Shown here: positions 1 through 6,983 of the stretch, piece by piece
Numbering within the stretch: the first letter of the stretch is position 1
Layout: every line of letters starts with the position of its first letter
DNA from: Candidatus Latescibacterota bacterium
Lineage (GTDB): Bacteria; Latescibacterota; UBA2968; UBA8231
NCBI GenBank assembly: GCA_965197905.1
Contig: CBDAOB010000002.1
Location: 32,001-96,000, forward strand
Direction of reading: 5' to 3'
Length of the DNA: 64,000 bases
The notes under the pieces: generated by a model
What the model saw: the letters and a program-made list of their open reading frames with translations, nothing else
Database searches by the model: none
What the model was told of the DNA's origin: nothing
Made by a program: the position numbers and the translations under genes

Positions 1-722
1 TTCCGGAGTGCCGTTAATTGCGTCGCCTTCTCGTCAGCGTTGCTCGGCTGATCGTAGATCGTGACATTGAACCACTCGACGCCATCGGAGTGTCCGATGG
101 CGTCGTAACGAACGGTGTAAGTGTCACCTACGAACGGGTGACGAATCGTGTACGTCTCCTCAGCTTGGTTGTACCCAACGATCAGGCCCCAGCAGTACGC
201 GTGGTGTGCCGGGTGATCGCTTGCTTTCTGTTCCAGACTCATCGGCTGCCACACCATCGCCGGGACGCCCTGTTGCAAGCTCGCCCGCACGGCTTCCCTG
301 GCTTCTCGCTTCAGTGCTGGGAGATCGATGTCGGTATCGTGCTTCGTCGCTTGGAACGTGCGAAACTGTGCCATATTGGGGAGGAAATCGAGCGCGAGCC
401 CCCAGTCTATGTTGTCGTGCATGACTCCCTTGCCTCCCTCTACCATCTCAAAGTGGAAGGCATGTCCCATCACGCCCTGCAACCGTGCCATCGTCCATTC
501 CGAGCGGCCGACGGTCTGCATCAGCGGGCGGAGGGAGGAGGCTAGGGTCGTCCCCGAGTGTGGTCTGGACGGGTTGACATCTACCATGACGTTCATCGCT
601 TGGCCTCCTTCCGGCACAGCGTCGGTGTTGGTCTCCTTGGCCGAAGTTCGCTCGATGATAAGGGTTGTAAGGACGAGGGCAGCCGCGATTCGAGCCAGAT
701 TGACCACGGTATAGTTTACCAT
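1..722 (-). CDS. Cassette 4 ORF: hypothetical exported protein, partial (3' end outside window)
   Basis: Not in the ORF track because it has no stop in the window. ATG at 722 follows AAGGAAGG. Frame is open to the edge: MVNYTVVNLARIAAALVLTTLII...GVPAMVW...HAYCWGLIVGYNQAEETYTIRHPF. Confidence 0.8.
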   Translation of the reverse strand, partial: MVNYTVVNLARIAAALVLTTLIIERTSAKETNTDAVPEGGQAMNVMVDVNPSRPHSGTTLASSLRPLMQTVGRSEWTMARLQGVMGHAFHFEMVEGGKGVMHDNIDWGLALDFLPNMAQFRTFQATKHDTDIDLPALKREAREAVRASLQQGVPAMVWQPMSLEQKASDHPAHHAYCWGLIVGYNQAEETYTIRHPFVGDTYTVRYDAIGHSDGVEWFNVTIYDQPSNADEKATQLTALR

Positions 723-754
723 TTCGTCCTTCCTTTCTCTATCTGTTGCATGTC

Positions 755-844
755 GGGTAACGTTATGCCTGTTGCCGAACTCGCGTAGAGAGTTGCCGAC
801 AGGCCAAGGCGCGTATGCGCCGCAGCGGCAACAGGTTGTTAAAG
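755..844 (-). repeat. attC-like recombination site (90 bp)
   Basis: Minus strand reads CTTTAAC...CCTGTTGCCG...CGGCAACAGG...GTTACCC, an imperfect hairpin. Close copy of 3468-3557. Confidence 0.88.
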
Positions 845-872
845 GACGTGGGATAGAAATTCACGGAGCAAG

Positions 873-1748
873 CTATCCCATTTCGCCGAGAGCGAACAAG
901 GTAAGAGCAATCCCAAGATACCGGTCGCGAGTTTTGGCGTCTCTGGTCGTCCCAGTCGGCCAAAAACACGAATAGGCGGCGTAATCCGCTATTCTCGTAG
1001 AATCCACCTTCTTGTTCGGTCTGCTTGCTGCCGCAGATCTGATCGCTTCAGTGAAATATTCGTCACTCCATTCGCCGTATTTGGCTATGCCGCCCAAGAG
1101 ATCGCCGACATCTCTTTCAAATTGTCCCGGACCTATGCTCTCAAAGTCGGTCAGGGTGGTCTTCTCTCCGTCTAGTACGACTTGCCGTGGCGAAAGATCT
1201 CTGTGACACATGTCTGTGTATGCATCGTGGACATGGCTCTCTATGCGCGACAAGATACTTCCGCACTCCCTGGTCAGCGGAGCGAAACGAGCACACGTGT
1301 CGGTAAGCCGTTCAATATCCCGATCTCTAGTGGTCAGACCGTCTCTGATAACTCCGAAGTCGGAGTAATCTTGTTCGGCAAACCGAGTGAGTTCCTGGAT
1401 TGTCTGAAAAACTGCCTGCAACGACTTCGGTGAAACCACATCAAGCACTAGATCCGCAACGCTCTTACTACCACAATCCGACAGAATCAAATACGGAATA
1501 CCGGAAAGCTCTCCGTGAGCAATTATCTTCGCATGGTTTAGCGAGGACCGCTCAATGAGACGATATGCCTCGATTTCTCGGCGTAAACGGTACGGTCTTC
1601 GTGGATTTAGTTTTACGATATAAGTTTTGTTCTCACCGAATGCACGCCAGACAAAGTTGCTGTTCGGCGGCAAATGTTGCGCTTCGACTACACCGGAAAG
1701 GCACTTCGTACAGACGTTATCGACAACTGCCTGGTATTCTTCCAACAT
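873..1748 (-). CDS. Cassette 3 ORF: APH/choline-kinase-like phosphotransferase
   Basis: YIVK lysine motif, REIE helix C, HRDLSPRQ catalytic loop, TDFE metal motif, ERDVG. Confidence 0.75.
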   Translation of the reverse strand: MLEEYQAVVDNVCTKCLSGVVEAQHLPPNSNFVWRAFGENKTYIVKLNPRRPYRLRREIEAYRLIERSSLNHAKIIAHGELSGIPYLILSDCGSKSVADLVLDVVSPKSLQAVFQTIQELTRFAEQDYSDFGVIRDGLTTRDRDIERLTDTCARFAPLTRECGSILSRIESHVHDAYTDMCHRDLSPRQVVLDGEKTTLTDFESIGPGQFERDVGDLLGGIAKYGEWSDEYFTEAIRSAAASRPNKKVDSTRIADYAAYSCFWPTGTTRDAKTRDRYLGIALTLFALGEMG

Positions 1749-1822
1749 TCAGAAAAGAGCGTTTGATGCCGAAAAAGTGTGATGACCCAATCTCATGTTA
1801 ATACGATCTCAATCCCATGTTC

Positions 1823-2718
1823 CTTTAACGTTTTTCGGCTTTACGACGTGGGCCTGATCCCGAATAGGGATTGGCGCGGCGGTTGCCAAAGGCAATCGCT
1901 GTGACAAAAGGCCCGTGTGCCCGTAGGGCCGAGGGGCGAATGCCCCGATGGTAGGGTCGAGAACTGGCGCGCCAGCCTTAGGGTTCGGTGGGTTCCCCAT
2001 GGCTTTCGCCATAGCCCTCAGTCCGACTCCCATCGCTACGTTTCCAGTTCCCGCCGCCTCAAACCGGACGTGCGGATCTCCCGCATCCGGCTTCCCGACG
2101 AACGTCACATCCAGGCACACGCCACAAGGACTTCACCTGGTAGTCAAGCTGCTTCCGATGCATACTAGTCTTACTGCTGGAGGCAATAGGCTCACGCCAC
2201 TCTCCAACCCTCTGCACTTCCGCAGCATGTCCGAAGTCAGGCCCCTTCCCTCCACCGGAGTTACCCGGCTTCCTCGGTACTACGCGCCTGTCCGCCACCT
2301 CATCCAGCCCAGTCTGGCCCTCGCGGGTTACCGGTTGGAGGCACTCGCTGCTTCCACCGGATGAGGCTTCCCGTGTTGCGCCACATCTCCTCTTACACAC
2401 ATGCTGTCGCCACTACCCCGGCGGAACAGCTGGGTGCGCTTGTCGCTCGACTTCCCCAGCTGCAGCGGCCTTCCCTGGTTTACGGGCAGGTCGGCTTCCG
2501 CATTACACTTTTCGAGGCCTGCTCAGCGTTTACTCACGTTACGGCCTGTGTGCTCGCCAAGTCGCCCAAGGCGACCCTCTACACCGGAGGCTTCAGCGGC
2601 TTCGTCGCCTCCACCACTGCTCCGATTGCTACCGGCTGGAGCGACCCTTGCCGGGTGGGATTCGCACCCACTGAAGATGTGCGCCTTAGCACGGCGCACC
2701 GTAAAACCGATGTTATAT
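1823..2718 (-). repeat. attC-like site interrupted by a group II intron (halves 2700-2718 and 1823-1950)
   Basis: Rejoined minus strand reads ATATAAC ATCGGTTTTACG | CATCGG...CGTAAAGCCGA AAAAC GTTAAAG. Arms TCGGTTTTACG and CGTAAAGCCGA are complementary. Confidence 0.8.
1951..2699 (-). mobile_element. ORF-less group II intron (IIB-like), 749 nt
   Basis: 5' end GTGCG at 2699. DIII-like GTAGTACCGAGGAAGCCGGGTAACTCCGGTGGAGGGAAGG. 34-nt DV GAAGCCGGATGCGGGAGATCCGCACGTCCGGTTT (2094-2061) with AGC triad and AC bulge. DVI ends CGACCCTAC. DIV is only about 140 nt with no RT ORF. Confidence 0.92.
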
Positions 2719-2848
2719 AACGTGGAACTTTCTAGAATCTCATGGCCTTAGCCCTACTTCAGATCAAAGGATAATCGCTTTTCCCAACGCCTTCCGGTCT
2801 CTAATAGGAGTGGCCAATCTTGAAATATGCGAAAATATCACGCCCGAA

Positions 2849-3268
2849 TTAAGGTGCGCCTTCCGCGAACCACTGGATCAGCTCGTTAGAATTTTTCAAA
2901 GCGAACTGCCTTTTAATCAAGCTCCCAGATCGATCAAAGAGTAATAGTTCTGACGGGTTGGCACGGTGTTCAGCGATCAGTTGGTCGCCCTCTGGGGTGC
3001 CGATTTTGGCGATGAGAAAGAAAACTTGGTCGCCAAGCCGATCGCGAGCTTTATTTATTTGTTCAGACTGGCTTACGCTAACGACAAGGCCTGGGTCGTA
3101 GACAAATACCAGCGCCGGCTTGCCGGTACCTATTTGCTCGTGGGTCATCTTAAAACCCTTAGGCATCGCCGTTAACATAAGCCCTATAACTATCAATATG
3201 GATATGGTGACACTAATAGGAACCCAAGGCTTTCGACGTGTGGAGTTGGAATTATATTCCTCGTTGAT
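2849..3268 (-). CDS. Cassette 2 ORF: small membrane-anchored protein, possibly thioredoxin-like fold without CxxC; start uncertain (TTG 3196 or ATC 3268)
   Basis: N-terminal hydrophobic helix, then GKPALVFVYD...ELLLFDRSG. Frame is open upstream to an ATC that follows AGAGGGGG. Confidence 0.65.
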   Translation of the reverse strand: MNEEYNSNSTRRKPWVPISVTISILIVIGLMLTAMPKGFKMTHEQIGTGKPALVFVYDPGLVVSVSQSEQINKARDRLGDQVFFLIAKIGTPEGDQLIAEHRANPSELLLFDRSGSLIKRQFALKNSNELIQWFAEGAP

Positions 3269-3467
3269 GGTAAATCCCCCTCTTTTTTGTTATCAACGTA
3301 CGGTTGCCAAAACTGTGATGTGAGCTGGCATACCTAATGCCGCTGATGGGCATATTTCAGGTCGAAAGCTCCGATTGTTTCCTCAGCTTCTGGAACAACA
3401 ATCGCAGGCGTTGCTTAATTAACTTCATGCTTGAGGATGCCTATTTAGCTGAGTTGTTTTCCATGTT

Positions 3468-3557
3468 ATATAACGTTACGCCGGTTGCCGAACTCGCGAA
3501 GCGAGTTGCCGTAGGCCAAGGCGCGGAGGCGTCGCAGCGGCAACCGCGCTGTTAGCC
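3468..3557 (-). repeat. attC-like recombination site (90 bp)
   Basis: Minus strand reads GGCTAAC...CGGTTGCCG...CGGCAACCG...GTTATAT. It starts 6 bp after the cassette 1 stop. Homologous to 755-844. Confidence 0.88.
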
Positions 3558-3563
3558 GTCGTG

Positions 3564-4781
3564 TCAGCGAAGAAGTAGCAGTTTCCGGGTTAGGTGTTTC
3601 CCTGCGCTCAAGCGATAGAAGTACACCCCACTCGCAAGTTCCACACCAGCATCGTCGAATCCGCTCCATATCAACGAATGTGCTCCTGCTGGCCAGACGC
3701 CAGATGCCAAATCAGTCACTATCTGGCCGGATATGTCGTACACGGAAAGTCGGATCCGCAGCTCCGTGGGCAACTGGAAACGGATCGAGGTGTCCGAATT
3801 GAAGGGATTCGGTACGTTCGGTGCGAGGTTAAGCCTTGGCTGTGATGTGTCCGATTCCTCGGCGACCGCCGTCACACGCTCGCCCTCTGGCACCCATAGT
3901 GGGAACTGGTCGTCGGCAGGATGATTCGTCAAATTGACCACGTTGCTACCGTCAGAACCCATTGCGATTATTTCTCTGTTGTCCCCTAGAAACCTGTCGA
4001 AGACGATTCTGGCGCCATCTGGCGACCATTGATGGTTCTCGTTTAGACCTCTGTCGGTAAGTTGGACGAGGTTCGTACCATCCGCGTCCACGACGTAAAT
4101 ATTGATTTGAGCGTCGTGGTGTCCCGAAAAGGCAATCCGGCTACCATCCGGCGACCAGCGCGGAGAGACCGAAAGGGAGGGAGGTCGCAGATCGACTAAT
4201 TGCTCAAGGTTTGCGCCATCCGCATCGATGATAAACAAGCGAATAAACCCTTGTTGGATTCGCCTGCCGAATGCTATTCGTTGGCCGTCTGGAGACCAGC
4301 TTTCATCCCCGCTCCCCGGTGAAAAGACAGGGAACAGCTCAACCAGATTTCCTCCGTCGGCGTCCATTACGAAAAGGCCGAAGTCTTCGTGATTCCTGTT
4401 GGAACGAAACATCAGTTTTGAGCCATCCGGCGCCCATATGGGAAACTGATTGATGGAATCGTCGTCAGTTAGCCTTGTGACAATGTTGCCCGACTCATCC
4501 TTGACGCGGATGTCATCTGGTGGGCCGTTCTCGAAAAAAACCATTTCCAGGATTCTTGTACCGTGAAGCCCATCTACACGAGTGTTATTTAAGCGTTGAA
4601 GAAACGCCGTGTTCTCATCGGGCGTGAGCCGAGCCAAATTGGTACCATCAGGATCCATGGCGAACCCTTCAAGTGCTTCGCCGTCGCGATTGGATAAGAA
4701 CGCTATGCTGTCCGCTGAAGAAGGTTTTGGATATGTCGCCCACGCCAAACCCGCGACTAAGAACAACGTAATCGGTCTCAT
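3564..4781 (-). CDS. Cassette 1 ORF: secreted TolB-like (PD40 repeat) beta-propeller with C-terminal FlgD-Ig domain
   Basis: Signal peptide, repeated W(S/A)PDGxxIxF, C-terminal NVPNPFN...ASGVYFYRL...RKLLLLR. Confidence 0.9.
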   Translation of the reverse strand: MRPITLFLVAGLAWATYPKPSSADSIAFLSNRDGEALEGFAMDPDGTNLARLTPDENTAFLQRLNNTRVDGLHGTRILEMVFFENGPPDDIRVKDESGNIVTRLTDDDSINQFPIWAPDGSKLMFRSNRNHEDFGLFVMDADGGNLVELFPVFSPGSGDESWSPDGQRIAFGRRIQQGFIRLFIIDADGANLEQLVDLRPPSLSVSPRWSPDGSRIAFSGHHDAQINIYVVDADGTNLVQLTDRGLNENHQWSPDGARIVFDRFLGDNREIIAMGSDGSNVVNLTNHPADDQFPLWVPEGERVTAVAEESDTSQPRLNLAPNVPNPFNSDTSIRFQLPTELRIRLSVYDISGQIVTDLASGVWPAGAHSLIWSGFDDAGVELASGVYFYRLSAGKHLTRKLLLLR

Positions 4782-4828
4782 CGCACTGTCTCCGATCTTG
4801 GAATCGACTACCTATTAAAGGACATGAC

Positions 4829-4870
4829 GGCTAACAGGTTGTATCCGAAGTGTGTTTCTACTATTCAGAC
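4829..4870 (-). other. attI-like primary recombination junction (G/TT at 4835); upstream extent uncertain
   Basis: GTTAGCCGTCATGTC matches the inverse end of cassette 1, but no attC hairpin lies upstream. It sits between the integrase and the first cassette. Confidence 0.65.
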
Positions 4871-5153
4871 GGGCACTCCGGGTTCATGTTCATGCAGTTC
4901 CGGTTGTTGAGTATTCGGTACATAGGATGTCGACGGTGAATCTGGTCCATCCGACATCGAACCAATGTGGCTGTGTGTGAAGAACCACCGATGAGAGGAA
5001 TGCATGTCAGGGCGAGAAGGACTTGAAGCCACGTCTTTCGACGGAGGCAAAATATCGCTGCATGGCCTTCTGTGAACCGCAGGGATTACACACGTGTTTC
5101 TCGACAGGTTTGATACGCGAAATATCCATTGACTGTCGTGTCAATGTCAATGG

Positions 5154-5995
5154 TCATCTCGTCTCATCGCGATTAGGTAAATCTCCGTCTTTAAGTTTGA
5201 TGTTATCCAGTGGCGACCGAATGCGCCGAATATCTTTCTGCATCACATGGGTATAGACCATCGTCGTCTCCGGTCGCTGTCCAGATCCTCCGCTTTCAGC
5301 CGGACGACTTCGCTGACTCGTAGGCCGGCCGAGTAAGCCACCATGAGCAGGGCTCGGTGCTTGGGGTTTCTCAGAGCGTTGAATATCCGAATCACTTCAT
5401 CACGGCTCAGGACGATGGGCAACTTGCTCTCGCGACGTGGTCGGGGTATCTCCTCCACGATGGCGGGTCTGCGCAACACCCGAAGGAAGTAGAATTTGAT
5501 CGCGCTTACGACTTGATTGATGTAGGCTCGGGAGACCTGCCGCTCATCGATCAGGTAAAGGAGGTATTGGCGAATCTCCGCCTCTTCCACGTGGCGCGGA
5601 TCCTGTTGCAGAAATCGTTGGAAGCGAAGCAGATGATTGCGATAGGACTTCTGCGTGGGCGGACTATAACCTCTGAGTCTGAGTTCCTGGTCTATCGGCT
5701 TGAGGAAGGCCTCTTCTGTGGGCGAAAGTACGGTGCGACGACTCTTCCGAGCTGCCGCGCGGGAATGTGGGTTTCGGATTTGACGTTCCTTGAATAGCTG
5801 CTGCAGACGCTCGATGGTCTCCTCCGTATGCGGTACACTCCAGCACTTCTCCTGAGGATGCCATCGGTAACCTGGTACCTTCTTGATCTTGCTGACCTTG
5901 TCGGGGTGATACGAGAAAGATACTCTGAGCCGTCCGGATGGAGCTTGATCTATTGATGCGCTACGGAATCCACCAGATGTCGAATGGCATGAATC
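5154..5995 (-). pseudogene. Integron-integrase-like tyrosine recombinase with internal deletion/frameshift and no in-frame start
   Basis: One frame is open 5995-5243: N-terminal extension, SAM-like ELRLRGYSPPTQKSY, KLPIVLS, YSAGLRVSE. A second frame (about 5276-5154) reads RPETTMVYTHVMQKDIRRIRSPLD with the catalytic Tyr. The K, HxxR and LLGH region is missing. ATG at 5990 is out of frame. Confidence 0.9.
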
Positions 5996-6068
5996 CTACG
6001 AGAGGCATAATTTCGAGGCTCTGAACCTGCGGAAATCTGGGACATTGAAAGAAAGCAAAGGAAAGCTC

Positions 6069-6851
6069 ATGGGGATACTGGACAGGTTTTCATTGAAGGG
6101 TCGCGTCGCCTTAGTCTCCGGCGGCGCGGGACCGCTGTTTGGAAGCAGCATTTCGGAAGCGTTGGCAGAAGCGGGGGCGACGCTGATTACGGCCTCGCGA
6201 TCTCTGGAGCGCAACGAGGTGTTTGCGGAGGGGTTGAAGACTCAGGGCTACGACGCCCACGCAATGGAGATGGACATCACCGAGCTGGAATCGATCGAAG
6301 CGTTAGGGGCCGGGGTGACGGAGCGTTTCGGGCGCCTGGACATCCTGGTTAACAGTGCGCTGGCGATCAAGGGAGGTGGTTTCGAGGAGCAGACGCCGGA
6401 GTCGTGGGCGTTCGGAGCCAAGGGGAACATGGTGGGTCTGTTTGCGATGTGTAAGGCGTTCGTCCCCGGGATGGTGGAGCAGGGTGGAGGATCGATCATC
6501 AACATCTCGAGCATCTACGGTGTGGTGGCGAACGATCCGACGCTTTACGAGGGCACCGATATGCGGCAGCCGCCGGATTATACCTTCGTCAAAGCTGGCA
6601 TGATCAATTTTACTCGATACGTCGCCAATTATTATGGAAAGAAGGGGGTTCGGGCGAACTGCATCTGTCCGGGGGGTTATGACTGCGGCGACCCGGCACC
6701 TTTTGTGGAAAACTACACGAAACGTGTTCCGGTGGGACGGTTGTTGGACAACGAGGATCTCAAGGGAGCGGTCGTGTTTCTGGCTTCGGACGCGTCGTCC
6801 TACGTCACCGGGCACACGCTGATGGTGGACGGCGGTTGGACGACCCTTTAG
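6069..6851 (+). CDS. Short-chain dehydrogenase/reductase (SDR)
   Basis: SGGAG Rossmann motif, YxxxK (YTFVK), VDGG tail. ATG 6069 follows AAGGA. Confidence 0.93.
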   Translation: MGILDRFSLKGRVALVSGGAGPLFGSSISEALAEAGATLITASRSLERNEVFAEGLKTQGYDAHAMEMDITELESIEALGAGVTERFGRLDILVNSALAIKGGGFEEQTPESWAFGAKGNMVGLFAMCKAFVPGMVEQGGGSIINISSIYGVVANDPTLYEGTDMRQPPDYTFVKAGMINFTRYVANYYGKKGVRANCICPGGYDCGDPAPFVENYTKRVPVGRLLDNEDLKGAVVFLASDASSYVTGHTLMVDGGWTTL

Positions 6852-6983
6852 CTGCGGCGGCGTTCCCCGACGACCGCCCCGTTGGCGGGACAGCGCTGTT
6901 CGTTGACATCAGAGGGCTTATAGTGCTGCATTTACAGGGTATTTCCTACGTCGCTCTTGCATCCGCCGTCTTCATCCGCTGGC

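Larger units (their letters stand above)
1..5995 (-). mobile_element. Integron-like locus: degenerate integrase, attI-like site and at least 4 cassettes (array runs off the left edge)
   Basis: Three attC-like hairpins separate co-oriented ORFs. Each complete cassette begins with a GTT core that is complementary to its own downstream inverse core. The adjacent tyrosine recombinase ends in YTHV...SPLD. Confidence 0.85.

Noticed and set aside
18..975. Plus-strand ORFs 18-545, 328-714, 558-788 and 772-975
   Set aside because: Antisense shadows of the minus-strand cassette gene, or translations of the attC.
873..1748. Aminoglycoside resistance gene
   Set aside because: Only fold-level motifs are present; the substrate cannot be inferred.
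1951..2699. Class C (IIC-attC) intron
   Set aside because: DV is 34 nt with an AGC triad, and the orientation matches the cassettes.
1809..2751. ORFs overlapping the intron (e.g. 1809-2120, GKPDAGDPHVRF)
   Set aside because: Spurious translation of domain V and other RNA structure; no RT motifs such as YADD.
755..3557. 90-bp repeats as a CRISPR array
   Set aside because: They are too long, are separated by whole genes, and have AAC...GTT hairpin structure; no cas genes are present.
5120..5153. Tandem TTGACA as the cassette promoter Pc
   Set aside because: No good -10 at 16-18 bp, and it lies in a CCATTGAC/GTCAATGG hairpin. Unresolved.
6903..6924. TTGACA...TATAGT sigma-70 promoter
   Set aside because: The spacer is only 10 bp.
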